A stretch of 64,000 bases of DNA from Minisyncoccota bacterium (lineage in GTDB: Bacteria; Patescibacteriota; Minisyncoccia; UBA6257; 2-01-FULL-56-20), in assembly GCA_036266715.1 (NCBI GenBank), contig DATAXS010000006.1, positions 1,757-65,756 of the forward strand, read 5' to 3'. Shown here piece after piece: positions 1 to 9,725 of this stretch (its first letter is position 1; every line of letters starts with the position of its first letter). The translations under genes and the position numbers were made by a program. Under the pieces are notes generated by a model. It made no database searches and had not been told where the DNA came from. It saw only the letters and a program-made list of their open reading frames with translations.

Positions 1-107
1 TCGCTAATGAGGAGAATACTCTTGACTTTAGTTTCTGTCAATGTTATACAGGTGCAGTATTGCGGACAGTTCATTTAAAATTGAGAAAACCGTGAAAGGA
101 AAACGAC

Positions 108-902
108 ATGGTGCAAGAAGTATATCTCTTCAATCGGGGAGATCGCGGGATATTCATGGAATTGTATTTTCCGAAAAGGGCGATTTATCAAGGAACCATT
201 TTTACGACACTTGGGGAGGGTTACAACGAAACTAGAGTAAGAGAAACATTATTGACGAACATTCACTCCCTATTCGTCACCCTCGCTGATTATCCCTATG
301 ACCTTTTTGACCCGTACCGCTACGGAACGGTGAAGCGGCCAAGGTGGTCGGAGTCAGATATCACGAAGGCGCGGAAACGCATTAAAATGTATGTTTCGCC
401 GTTCAAGGGGTATTCCATGTATGAGGTTGATGGAGTGTTCTTTGGTAGGAGTGGCAAGGAATATGAAGAGCGCACGCAAGTCATCCGACTTATGTTCCGT
501 TTCAAGAGCGGGTATGCATCCGTCGCAAGGAAAAGGCACTGCAGTGATGTGCTTCGCTCAATTCTGTTTTTTGTCATGCACGAGCGAGGACATATCGCCG
601 GAGAAGCGCCATGGGATGCGTCTACTAAAGAGCGTTTTATGACGACTCACGAACCGTGGTCCAGTCCGGCCAAGCGCAAGTTTGCGAAGAGGTATTTTCC
701 TCGTATTGCTGCGGAAGTGCGGAAATGGATCGACGACTGCGGACTCTTCACGTTCGGCTATCTTGTCCGGGAACTTTCCGATAAGGTGCTTGAAGTGAAG
801 CGGCCAGAAGAGGAAATTTGGGTCGCTACTTTCTTTGACCTCCTCTTGAACGTGGTCAAGCATTCCAAGCCCAAGAAGCTTCAACGGGTGAAAATTAAAT
901 GA
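108..902 (+). CDS. hypothetical protein (264 aa) in low-GC flank
   Basis: Long ORF in a region of visibly lower GC (~45%) than the rest of the window. No recognisable motifs. Followed by a hairpin plus T-tract terminator. Confidence 0.4.
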   Translation: MVQEVYLFNRGDRGIFMELYFPKRAIYQGTIFTTLGEGYNETRVRETLLTNIHSLFVTLADYPYDLFDPYRYGTVKRPRWSESDITKARKRIKMYVSPFKGYSMYEVDGVFFGRSGKEYEERTQVIRLMFRFKSGYASVARKRHCSDVLRSILFFVMHERGHIAGEAPWDASTKERFMTTHEPWSSPAKRKFAKRYFPRIAAEVRKWIDDCGLFTFGYLVRELSDKVLEVKRPEEEIWVATFFDLLLNVVKHSKPKKLQRVKIK

Positions 903-934
903 GGCGAACGTTTGTTCGCCTCATATTTTTGTAA
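899..934 (+). terminator. rho-independent terminator after ORF 108..902
   Basis: gaggcgaac-gttt-gttcgcctc forms a 9-bp stem, followed by atatttttgt. Confidence 0.5.
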
Positions 935-954
935 CCGTTGCGGTCCGGTCGTTT

Positions 955-1434
955 CTAATCGATTGCACCATCCGCCTGGGTCCACGGGCCGAATTCTCCC
1001 TGCGCGCGGAATTCCGCCAGCTCTTCGGGAGTGACGTTTTTCTCCATCGGCCAATAGAGCAGGGCATAGTGGGGAAGTTCCCGGACGATGACGAATGCCA
1101 TGAAGCCCTTCCGCAATCCCGTCTCCAGGTCGTCGATGATCTTCGCAAAGTAGCCGTAACGTCCGAAGATCTCCACCGCCTTTTGGGCGGCTTCCATCGG
1201 GTTTTCAACTTCAGTGACGTCAATGGCGACGGGAAAGCCCAATCGTTCCTGTATTGCGGGTGAAGCAGTGTTGATGATGGCGCGGCTCATCGCCGGCTCG
1301 TAATACGCTCGCTTTACGCCGGGCGTGTGACCCTTGCCGACAGGAGCGACACCCGAAGTTTCTTCGAGTACCCTCATCAGTATTTTCCAGGTTTTTTCGT
1401 CGCGACAGCAGGTGATGCGATTGATGCCAGCCAT
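955..1434 (-). CDS. hypothetical protein (159 aa)
   Basis: Clean ORF convergent with the upstream gene. No confident family assignment. Confidence 0.4.
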   Translation of the reverse strand: MAGINRITCCRDEKTWKILMRVLEETSGVAPVGKGHTPGVKRAYYEPAMSRAIINTASPAIQERLGFPVAIDVTEVENPMEAAQKAVEIFGRYGYFAKIIDDLETGLRKGFMAFVIVRELPHYALLYWPMEKNVTPEELAEFRAQGEFGPWTQADGAID

Positions 1435-1532
1435 ATTTACCCCTCCTTAATCCACATTTGATGTAAATGCTTGGTATGTACCCTTGCACTGCTCATATTT
1501 TAACATTTCACTATAAAAAGTCAAGCTTCCGC

Positions 1533-2396
1533 ATGGGGAGATTGGAAAACTTGATTTATAATGAAAGAATGACCCATCCGCAGTTCCGGAAGACCATTTG
1601 GGCCCACTACCGCAAGAACGGACGTCATGATCTCGCGTGGCGCAAGACACGTGATCCCTACCGCATTTTGGTATCGGAGATCATGCTCCAGCAGACGCAG
1701 GTTGCGCGCGTCGCCGGGTTTTATCCGGAGTTCATTAAAGTATTCCCAAACTTCCGCGCGCTTGCCCGCGCGGGGACTGCGGACGTGCTCCGCGCGTGGC
1801 AGGGGATGGGTTACAACCGCCGCGCCCTCGCGCTCCAAAACTTGTCAAGAATTGTTTTAGAAACATTTAATGGAAAGTTGCCAAAAAGTCGGGAAGAGCT
1901 GGAATCGTTGCCCGGTATCGGCAAGGCGACTGCGGGTTCCCTTCGTGCGTTCGCTTGGAACGAGTATGAGGTGTTTATAGAGACGAACATTCGCCGCGTA
2001 TTCATCCATTTTTTCTTTCATGAAGAAAAAACGGTAACGGACGAAGCGATAGTGCGTTATATTACAGGAACGCTTCCCCAAAAAAATTTTCGCGAATGGT
2101 ATTGGGCGCTTATGGACTATGGCGCAATGCTTGGCGCCCAGGTCCAAAAAGCGAAAGTAAGCATAAATCCCAACAGAAAAAGCGCTCACTACAGGAAACA
2201 GGCCGTTTTTAAAGGCTCAGATAGAGAGTTGCGCGGCAAGATCCTCCGATTGTTGCTCAAAAAGAAGAAGGTTTCCCTGCCTTTGATGGCAAAAGCCATG
2301 AAAGAACCCGCCCTGCGGGTGCGAAGGGTGGCGAACGTGCTTGTGCGCGAAGGTTTTGCGGGGCATCTCGGTGCAAATGCCCTAACAATCATTTAA
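1533..2396 (+). CDS. HhH-GPD base-excision DNA glycosylase, MutY/EndoIII-like, without the FeS-cluster Cys motif
   Basis: Contains DPYRILVSEIMLQQTQV, LESLPGIGKATAGSL (HhH-GPD) and WYWALMDYGA. No Cx6Cx2Cx5C motif is present. The start was chosen at an internal Met and is uncertain. Confidence 0.65.
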   Translation: MGRLENLIYNERMTHPQFRKTIWAHYRKNGRHDLAWRKTRDPYRILVSEIMLQQTQVARVAGFYPEFIKVFPNFRALARAGTADVLRAWQGMGYNRRALALQNLSRIVLETFNGKLPKSREELESLPGIGKATAGSLRAFAWNEYEVFIETNIRRVFIHFFFHEEKTVTDEAIVRYITGTLPQKNFREWYWALMDYGAMLGAQVQKAKVSINPNRKSAHYRKQAVFKGSDRELRGKILRLLLKKKKVSLPLMAKAMKEPALRVRRVANVLVREGFAGHLGANALTII

Positions 2397-3613
2397 TGAA
2401 AAAAATATTTATAACCGCGGCGGTCTTTGTGGGGACGGCCATACCTCTTTTATTCTCACCTTCTCCGGCGAGTGCCGCTACCGCGGCCGCAAGCACGGCT
2501 GCCACGGCCTCGACCGGCAAGTTCTATTACGGCGCATGGGTGCCCTATTGGCAGCAACAGCCGGGCGAAGAGGATATTGCGGTGCACCTTGATTCGCTCA
2601 ACGAGTTGAGCCCATTTTCATATGAGGTTGCCGCGGACGGGACAATCATAGATGACCTCGGTATTGGAAGCGGCTCGTGGAGCGGATGGTTGGAAGCCGT
2701 GCACGACTTTGGTGAAAAGATAACGCCCACCATCGCGTGGTTCAACGGTAACCAGATCTACAATCTTCTTTCAAATACCAAGAAGCGGCAGGCCGAGGAG
2801 AACACGGTCACCCAGCTTGTAAAAACCCAGGGCTTTGATGGCATTGATATTGATTTTGAAGAAATGACAGCGGCGACCAAGCCGTACTTCTCGCTCTTTA
2901 TAGAGGGGCTTGCGATCCGCCTGCACCCGCTCGGCAAGACGGTGACCTGTACGCTTGAGCCGCTCACGCCGGCGGCGGACCTTGCGGGCAGTGTGGGATC
3001 AAACGCGGAATACACGGAAGACTATGCGACGCTCAACCAATATTGCGACGAGATACGCATCATGACGTATGACCAGGGGACGATAGATCTTCCGCTTGAT
3101 GCCGAGAAGGGCAACGGCACGCTCTATGCGCCGGTCGCGGATCCGGCGTGGGAGCAGGCCGTGATCCAGCAGACGCTCCAGTACATAAGCCCCAAAAAGA
3201 TCATGCTCGCAATTCCGACGTACGGATATGAATACGAGGTTTCATGGGTGAACGGCGTCACGACCTACCAGCGGGTGCGGGCGTTCGATTATATGGATGC
3301 GATGGACCGCGCGGACAGCCTGGGTATTGAGCCGACGCGGGACAACGCGGACGAGCTGAGCTTCACATATGCGTCAACGACCTATATTCCGGAACCACCC
3401 AGTCTGACCTACACCACCTTTTCTACGGAACCTGCGGCGCTTATGAATCCGAATCCGAACGCGACGACCACGTTCTTTGTGACCTTTCCGGACTCGCAAA
3501 CGATGGACGATGAGATCGCACTTGCCAAGAAGTACGACCTCCGCGGTGTAATGATATTCAAGGCGGATGGGGACATTGACCCTGCAATTTGGGGGACGAT
3601 GGCGCTCCATTAG
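2396..3613 (+). CDS. secreted glycoside hydrolase family 18 (chitinase-like)
   Basis: N-terminal signal peptide. GH18 catalytic motif FDGIDIDFEE (DxDxE). YYGAWVPYW N-terminal strand. Confidence 0.7.
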   Translation: MKKIFITAAVFVGTAIPLLFSPSPASAATAAASTAATASTGKFYYGAWVPYWQQQPGEEDIAVHLDSLNELSPFSYEVAADGTIIDDLGIGSGSWSGWLEAVHDFGEKITPTIAWFNGNQIYNLLSNTKKRQAEENTVTQLVKTQGFDGIDIDFEEMTAATKPYFSLFIEGLAIRLHPLGKTVTCTLEPLTPAADLAGSVGSNAEYTEDYATLNQYCDEIRIMTYDQGTIDLPLDAEKGNGTLYAPVADPAWEQAVIQQTLQYISPKKIMLAIPTYGYEYEVSWVNGVTTYQRVRAFDYMDAMDRADSLGIEPTRDNADELSFTYASTTYIPEPPSLTYTTFSTEPAALMNPNPNATTTFFVTFPDSQTMDDEIALAKKYDLRGVMIFKADGDIDPAIWGTMALH

Positions 3614-3772
3614 AAAAAGTATAGGCAAAACGGGCTCTTTGAGATGAAGAAAACGCGTTGAAATCCACAGCGCGGTCGTATTTGCGCCAAAAATGCATGC
3701 TACAATGAAAATAAAGAGTTATCTTTGACTCCCTGTTTTTATAATTGATGCCCACTATTCAAAACTAACGCG

Positions 3773-4975
3773 ATGCCACGGATTCGTAAGGAAACCAAGC
3801 AAAAGAAGTCCAAGGGACGAACAAAAAAAAGTCTTGCTTCCGTACGCACGCGCGCCAAAAGAGCAGTTGGTTCCCGCCGTGATGCCATCGTTAAAGCGCT
3901 CCGTGCCGCCGCCCGCACAGAGAAGGCCAAGCGGCCGCACCAGCTTGACCGGCACGAAGGCAATCCGATCATGGAGCCGCGCGAGACAAATTTTTGGGAA
4001 ATGAAGGCGACCTTCAATCCGGGCGCCATCTATGCCGACAGGCGCGTACATCTTTTATACCGCGCCATCGGCGGCGATGATATTTCCGTGCTCGGGTACG
4101 CGGCAAGCGATGACGGTTTCACTATTACCGAACGGTTGGACGATCCGGCATTCATTCCCGATGCCACAAAGAAGCCCGACCCAAACGCACCGGTGCAAAC
4201 ATTGCCCGCGTATTGTTCCGGTGGGGGATGGAACGGCGGCTGCGAAGATCCGCGCCTTACGTTGCTCGATGACCAGGTGTATCTGATGTACACCGCGTTT
4301 GATGGGTGGGGTTCCATACGCATCGCGCTCACCTCAATAGACGTGAAGGACTTTTTGAACAAACGCTGGTTTTGGAAAAAGCCGGCGCTTATTTCTCCGC
4401 CCGGCGAGATCCATAAGAACTGGATGATGTTCCCGGAGAAAATAAACGGGAAATATGCGATCCTAAACAGCATTTCGCCGCAAATATCCGTAGCATATTT
4501 TGATTACCTTGATGAGCTGGAGCGGGGCGAAAAGGTGATCCCGAGCCGCTACGACCGCATTTCACGCACCGGGAGTTGGGACAGCTGGATTCGCGGCGCG
4601 GGACCGCCGCCCATCAGGACAAAACTCGGTTGGCTGCTCTTCTATCACGCCATGGATATCCGCGATCCCGATCGCTACAAACTTGGCGCCATGATTCTGG
4701 ATGCGAACGACCCCACAAAAATACTTTACCGCTCGCGCGTGCCGGTGCTTGAGCCAGATATGTATTATGAAAATAACGGTTTCAAATCGGGCGTGGTTTA
4801 TTCCTGCGGCGCGATCGTAAAAGATGGCGAGCTCTATGTGTATTATGGCGGTGCGGATGCGGTGGTTTGCGTGGCAATGGCCAATTTGGATATGTTTTTG
4901 GAAGAACTTGCGAAATACGGCACCCCGCAGCTCACCGTGGAAAGGAAGCCCCCTACGCGCGCCACGCGGCGGTAG
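3773..4975 (+). CDS. GH130-family glycosidase/phosphorylase (DUF377-like) with Lys-rich N-terminal extension
   Basis: NPGAIY...LLYRA, GGCEDPRLT and C-terminal YVYYGGADAVVCVA are typical of the GH130 beta-propeller. The true start may be the internal Met near 3971. Confidence 0.65.
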   Translation: MPRIRKETKQKKSKGRTKKSLASVRTRAKRAVGSRRDAIVKALRAAARTEKAKRPHQLDRHEGNPIMEPRETNFWEMKATFNPGAIYADRRVHLLYRAIGGDDISVLGYAASDDGFTITERLDDPAFIPDATKKPDPNAPVQTLPAYCSGGGWNGGCEDPRLTLLDDQVYLMYTAFDGWGSIRIALTSIDVKDFLNKRWFWKKPALISPPGEIHKNWMMFPEKINGKYAILNSISPQISVAYFDYLDELERGEKVIPSRYDRISRTGSWDSWIRGAGPPPIRTKLGWLLFYHAMDIRDPDRYKLGAMILDANDPTKILYRSRVPVLEPDMYYENNGFKSGVVYSCGAIVKDGELYVYYGGADAVVCVAMANLDMFLEELAKYGTPQLTVERKPPTRATRR

Positions 4976-5000
4976 GGGCGTGTTTTCTTGTTAATATATT

Positions 5001-6929
5001 ATGCCTGTTGTTAAACGCTCCGACGAAAATCCCATACTTTTGCCCGACCCGCGGTCCCCGTGGGAGGCCATTGCGGCGCACAATCCGTGCGTCACGGAAT
5101 CAAAAGGCATGTTCCACATGCTCTACCGGGCCGTTTCCGTAAAACAGAAAGTTGAAAATGCGGAATTGGAAATTTCTTCCGTGGGATATGCCGTGAGCCG
5201 CGACGGCGTGAATTTTAAAGGACGACGGCAACTCTTTGGCCCCGAGCACGATTGGGAACGGTACGGCTGCGAAGACCCGCGCGTCACCGAATTTGAAGGG
5301 CGATTCTTTATTTTTTATACCGCCGTACGCGAATTTTCCGCAGACGGCATTAAAGTTGCGGTCGCCATTACGCGCGATTTCAAAACGATAGATGAAAAGC
5401 ACCTCGTGACTCCCTTCAACGCAAAGGCGATGACGCTTTTCCCGGAGCGCGTGAACGGGAAGATAGTCGTGGCGCTTACCGCAAACACCGACCGGCCGCC
5501 GGCAAAAATATGTCTTGCCTTTTTGGACCGCGTTGAGGATCTTTGGTCGGAGGATTACTGGAACAAGTGGTATGCTGATTGGCGCTCGCACGCGCTCGCA
5601 ATCGTGCAGAACGACGAGAAGGACCAGGTGGAGGTCGGTTCGAAGCCGCTCAAAACAAAGGAGGGGTGGCTCATATTTTACTCTTATATATACAATTATT
5701 TTTCACCGCCCGCGATATTCGGCGTGCAGGCGGCACTGCTTGATCTCCGCGATCCGCAACGGATAGTGGGCGAAGTAAGGCGTCCGTTCCTTGTGCCCGA
5801 AGAAGAATACGAATATTACGGCCGCGTGCCGCACATTGTGTTTCCCTCGGGCGCCTTGATACGAAAAAAACTTGTCTATTTGTATTATGGCGCGACGGAC
5901 ACGGTTTCGTGTGTTGCCATGATGTCGTTGGAAGAACTTTTGGAGCAGCTCGTTTTTACGCGGGAGCGCTTGCTCGTCCGGTTTGAGGGGAACCCGATCA
6001 TTTCGCCCGTTCCGGAACACGCGTGGGAATCGCAGGCAACCTTCAATCCGGCGGCGATCTACGAAGGCGGCAAGGTGCATATTCTCTACCGCGCGATGGG
6101 TGCGGACAATACGTCTGTCGTTGGGTATGCAAGTTCGCACGATGGCGTGCATATTGATGAGCGCTTGCCAGAGCCCGTGTATGTGCCGCGGGAGGACTTT
6201 GAAATGAAGAAAGTTCCCGGCGGCAATTCCGGGTGTGAGGACCCACGCGTCACGCGCATCGGGGAAACGATCTATATGCTGTATACGGCCTTCTCGGGAA
6301 GTGCCGCGCCGCGCGTGGCGCTTACCTCCATTCCCGCACCCGACTTCGCGGCGCGGCGCTGGAACTGGTCCAAACCGGTGCTCATCTCGCCGCCCGGCAT
6401 GGACGACAAAGACGCGGCGCTTTTCCCACGCAAGGTCAAGGGCAAATACGTCTTCTTGCACCGGCTTGGCTCGGACATTTGGATAGATTTTCTGGATGAC
6501 CTGAACTTTGACGGGAAAACAAAGTTTCTCGGAGGCAAGATCCTCATGCGGCCGCGGGACACGGCGTGGGATTCGCGCCGCATCGGCGGCACCTCACCGC
6601 CCATCGAGACGGAATACGGCTGGCTCATGTTTTACCACGGTATTTCCAAGCGCACCGGCCACTACAACGTGCGTGTAGCGCTCCTGGACCGCGACGATCC
6701 GAGTCTCATCCTTTATCGCACGCATGATCCGCTCCTTGAACCGGAAACGCCCTACGAAAAAAACGGCATTGTCTCCAATGTCGTCTTTCCGTGCGGCGCA
6801 GTGCTCATTAAAGATACCTTATACGTCTATTATGGCGGTGCGGACAAGTTCGTGGCGGTCGCGACGCTTGACATGGAGGTCATTGCCCGCGGTCTTGCGC
6901 GAGAGGCAGGATTTTACGGAGAAAAATAG
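5001..6929 (+). CDS. tandem-duplicated GH130-family protein (two GH130 domains in one ORF)
   Basis: Two internal copies of the pattern NP(A/C)..(Y/E)..hhYRA ... GCEDPRVT ... YYGGAD. Confidence 0.65.
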   Translation: MPVVKRSDENPILLPDPRSPWEAIAAHNPCVTESKGMFHMLYRAVSVKQKVENAELEISSVGYAVSRDGVNFKGRRQLFGPEHDWERYGCEDPRVTEFEGRFFIFYTAVREFSADGIKVAVAITRDFKTIDEKHLVTPFNAKAMTLFPERVNGKIVVALTANTDRPPAKICLAFLDRVEDLWSEDYWNKWYADWRSHALAIVQNDEKDQVEVGSKPLKTKEGWLIFYSYIYNYFSPPAIFGVQAALLDLRDPQRIVGEVRRPFLVPEEEYEYYGRVPHIVFPSGALIRKKLVYLYYGATDTVSCVAMMSLEELLEQLVFTRERLLVRFEGNPIISPVPEHAWESQATFNPAAIYEGGKVHILYRAMGADNTSVVGYASSHDGVHIDERLPEPVYVPREDFEMKKVPGGNSGCEDPRVTRIGETIYMLYTAFSGSAAPRVALTSIPAPDFAARRWNWSKPVLISPPGMDDKDAALFPRKVKGKYVFLHRLGSDIWIDFLDDLNFDGKTKFLGGKILMRPRDTAWDSRRIGGTSPPIETEYGWLMFYHGISKRTGHYNVRVALLDRDDPSLILYRTHDPLLEPETPYEKNGIVSNVVFPCGAVLIKDTLYVYYGGADKFVAVATLDMEVIARGLAREAGFYGEK

Positions 6930-7008
6930 CACAAAGCAGGCAAGGCAGTACTTTGAGGCAGAGTACGGAGCCACACTGCCTCAAAGTACTGCCTTGCCTG
7001 CTTTGTGC
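6929..7008. terminator. perfect 33-bp inverted repeat (bidirectional terminator-like) between convergent genes
   Basis: 6929-6961 gcacaaagcaggcaaggcagtactttgaggcag is the exact reverse complement of 6976-7008, with a 14-nt loop. It starts in the TAG of the GH130 gene and ends just before the stop of the 3D-domain gene. Confidence 0.5.
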
Positions 7009-7010
7009 TA

Positions 7011-7514
7011 CTATCTCTCTGAAATCTGCGAGTCGGCGAGCACGACCACAGCCACATTTTTGTGTGCGCCAAAATCAAGTGCGGCAGTCACCGAGGGCAT
7101 CCAGATGTCTACGGTGTTGTGCACCTTGGTGCTCGTGCGGTCTTCCACGGTAAATATTCTGTCGCCAAAAAGCGAAGGCAATTCGATTTTGGTGCCGAAG
7201 GGGAGGCCGTTCACGGCCACAATACCGTTGTGCACATAGGTGCCGTTTGCGGTGATAAAGGGGGTGCTGTCGGTCTCATCCGGAACGCTCGCGTAGGCCG
7301 TGATCCTCATAGTGAGGGTCTCGAGCGGTGAGGGGATGGCGAGTGTACTTGTGGTTATGGCCATATCGGGGGTGGGGGTGGGCGCAAAGGTGGCCGTGGC
7401 AATACCCGCCATGTCCGCATCGGGCGCCACGATAAAGCCTGCCTGGGTGATTATGGGGGCAACATAGACCACGAAAGAGACAACTGCCGCTATGACGACA
7501 AGGGCTTTTTTCAT
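7011..7514 (-). CDS. secreted 3D-domain protein (MltA/YuiC-like, cell-wall associated)
   Basis: Signal peptide MKKALVVIAAVV. C-terminal RITAYASVPDETDSTPFITANG...GTKIELP...VEDRTSTKVHNTVDIWM matches the 3D domain. Confidence 0.6.
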   Translation of the reverse strand: MKKALVVIAAVVSFVVYVAPIITQAGFIVAPDADMAGIATATFAPTPTPDMAITTSTLAIPSPLETLTMRITAYASVPDETDSTPFITANGTYVHNGIVAVNGLPFGTKIELPSLFGDRIFTVEDRTSTKVHNTVDIWMPSVTAALDFGAHKNVAVVVLADSQISER

Positions 7515-7571
7515 ATGGTTCTTAGGGTTTCTTGGGGGTTATTTCGAAATAGGGCCGAATACCAGATTTCC

Positions 7572-7595
7572 CAACAAAAACGCCCCTTTCGGGGC
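7572..7595 (-). terminator. rho-independent terminator (minus strand)
   Basis: gcccc-tttc-ggggc hairpin with an A-run on the plus strand, which is a U-tract on the minus strand. Confidence 0.4.
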
Positions 7596-7722
7596 ATATC
7601 ATGACTACGATTTTGTTGTAGGGATAGTTTAGCGCAGGCGGGTCCAAAAGTCAATAATTGCCAAAATGCCCATTTTCTCGTCTAAAATGCCCCCAAATCC
7701 GCTTAAGGCCGTTGATTTTTGG

Positions 7723-7760
7723 ATAAAAAAGGCCGCCTCTGCAAAATGCGCAAGGCGGCC
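7723..7760 (-). terminator. rho-independent terminator immediately after the PLP-enzyme gene (minus strand)
   Basis: ggccgcc...ggcggcc 7-bp stem. Followed on the minus strand by TTTTTTAT. Confidence 0.5.
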
Positions 7761-7796
7761 CAGCCGGGCTGAGTACCCGGGAAGGGGTGATAGAAA

Positions 7797-8819
7797 TCAA
7801 GCCGCGAGACCGAGAAGATGGTTCATTTCTTTTGCATATGGCAATGGGCCGTCTATAAAAACCGAGACGACGGTCGTCCTGCCGTTCGGACCCACAATTT
7901 CGCTCGAGCGACCCGATTTATACATTTGTGCAATGTGGTTGTTTGTCCCTTGGATGACGAGTCCTGAGGTCCACCCTGCCGGAACGAGGTCGAGATAGAG
8001 TCTGCGGCTCATGATTGCCGCTTCTCTCTTACTGACTCCGGTTATGATGCGCTCAGAAGGGATTTCTTTCGTGTAATTGAATCCCGTTTCTCCAAGTCCC
8101 AAAATCGTTCTGCTTCCCGGGACTTTTTCTTCTTCTTTGTCTGAGGCGATACCCAGAACCTGCACATCTGGCAGGACTTCTCTGAAGTATATGCTCGCGG
8201 CGACGGCCGTGGACGTGGTACCGAGCGCCACAGAAAAGAGGAATCGAAAAGGAATACCGAGGCGATTCACTTCCCGTTCGATATGCGGCAGGGTAAATTC
8301 CCATTGCGCTTCGAGGCCGCCACGGTGAAGATATTGATTCACCTCAAAGTGCCCTTCTTGGTCCGCCATGAGATGCGCATACTCAATGGGAGACTTGCCG
8401 GTCGGAGCGTAAAGAATCTTTGCTCCGGCGAGCGTGAGCTGTTCTTGTTTGCCCTGCGGGGTTGAGGCGTCGATCACGGCGATAAAACCACCACTCTTTG
8501 TTCTCGGATCGACATCGGCCTCGAAGATTCCCTGCAGGAGACCAAAGCCCACACCCGCGTTGCCTGAAGTAGCTCCGATCCACTTTCTACCCTTGAGGTT
8601 TTCGGCCTCAAGGAAGCAGATTCCTGCGGCCGGGATCGTTTTGCCGTTAAAGGACGAAAGTCCTGAAAGCGCCAAAGCGAAGTGGTCAACATTTTTTGCA
8701 ATGGCCGGATCCATTCCTGCCTTCGCCGATTCCGGTAGGCGGATGATTGGAGGGAGGCCATGCTTGAGCATGTCGTAAAGCCTTCTTTGCCTTTCCGGAA
8801 GCTTATTGCGTATGATCAT
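7797..8819 (-). CDS. PLP-dependent enzyme, tryptophan-synthase-beta / cysteine-synthase-like fold type II
   Basis: Gly-rich loop IGATSGNAGVGFG (SGNxG). Overall PALP-like layout. Confidence 0.55.
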   Translation of the reverse strand: MIIRNKLPERQRRLYDMLKHGLPPIIRLPESAKAGMDPAIAKNVDHFALALSGLSSFNGKTIPAAGICFLEAENLKGRKWIGATSGNAGVGFGLLQGIFEADVDPRTKSGGFIAVIDASTPQGKQEQLTLAGAKILYAPTGKSPIEYAHLMADQEGHFEVNQYLHRGGLEAQWEFTLPHIEREVNRLGIPFRFLFSVALGTTSTAVAASIYFREVLPDVQVLGIASDKEEEKVPGSRTILGLGETGFNYTKEIPSERIITGVSKREAAIMSRRLYLDLVPAGWTSGLVIQGTNNHIAQMYKSGRSSEIVGPNGRTTVVSVFIDGPLPYAKEMNHLLGLAA

Positions 8820-8955
8820 TTCGTTTCCTATCCGATATCCAAGTTTGAACTCCTTGCTGTGGGCATTCTATTAATAATACACCGATTCGTCAAGGGAAAA
8901 GAGTATGATTTGTAACCCTATAAAAAACTCTAACAATCATTTATCATTAATCCCA

Positions 8956-9723
8956 ATGGCAGACCAAAAAAGCGAAGTTCCACAGCCCGGCATCCAGCCC
9001 GGAAGGCCAATCGTGGTGGAGGGCGTTGAATACATGCGCTACCCCATTCGCGTGCCGCGATTGATAGAGTTCGGGGAAAGCGCGGAGAAGGTGGTGAACG
9101 AATTCGTGAAGCCGCACTTTCGGCCGGGTGATTGGATGGCGATATCGGAAAAGATAGTTTCCATTTCGCTGAATCTCGTCCAACATATTTCCACTATTAA
9201 GGTGACGTGGTTCGCGCGCTTTATTACGAAGGGTATCAGAAAGCATAAGACGATGACGGCGTGGTCGCGGCCGGAAAAGGTCCAGCTCGCGATAGACATT
9301 GCCGGTTGGTGGCGCATCGCGCCCGCCGCCGCGCTCGGCGCCGTGGGCAAGCTCGTTGGCCTGCGCGGCGTGTTTTGGGTGATTGCCGGACACCGCGTGT
9401 CGGAGATAGACGGCATGATCCCGGAAGACATGTATCCCTATACCGAATGGGCCGTGCTCCCGCCGCCGCATCCGCAAAAGGACTGCGAGGACATTGAGAA
9501 AAAAACCGGCATTCCCGCGGTCACGGCCGATGCAAATTTCATTAACGTGAAGATTTTGGGCGTGAGCAAGGGCGCAGGGCTCAGCAAAAAGCTCGCGCGG
9601 CTCGTACTCCTGGACAATCCGCTGGGGCAGGGGAATAAGATGACGCCGTTCGTGCTCGTGCGGAAGATCGGCCCTGCGCCCGCGGGCACGCCCGACACTG
9701 TGGTAAACAGAACTAAATTTTAA
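8956..9723 (+). CDS. CofE-like (F420-0:gamma-glutamyl ligase family) protein
   Basis: FRPGDWMAISEKIVSISLN resembles the CofE G-D-x-hhh-SeKvvs motif. Assignment is tentative. Confidence 0.4.
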   Translation: MADQKSEVPQPGIQPGRPIVVEGVEYMRYPIRVPRLIEFGESAEKVVNEFVKPHFRPGDWMAISEKIVSISLNLVQHISTIKVTWFARFITKGIRKHKTMTAWSRPEKVQLAIDIAGWWRIAPAAALGAVGKLVGLRGVFWVIAGHRVSEIDGMIPEDMYPYTEWAVLPPPHPQKDCEDIEKKTGIPAVTADANFINVKILGVSKGAGLSKKLARLVLLDNPLGQGNKMTPFVLVRKIGPAPAGTPDTVVNRTKF

Positions 9724-9725
9724 TA

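Noticed and set aside
5703-6461. 252-aa minus-strand ORF inside the tandem GH130 gene, and other long antisense ORFs (e.g. 16902..17468, 22904..23455, 24242..24865, 46077..47108, 52604..53491, 61075..62145)
   Set aside because: All lie opposite well-supported genes and have Arg/Gly/His-rich antisense composition with no motifs.
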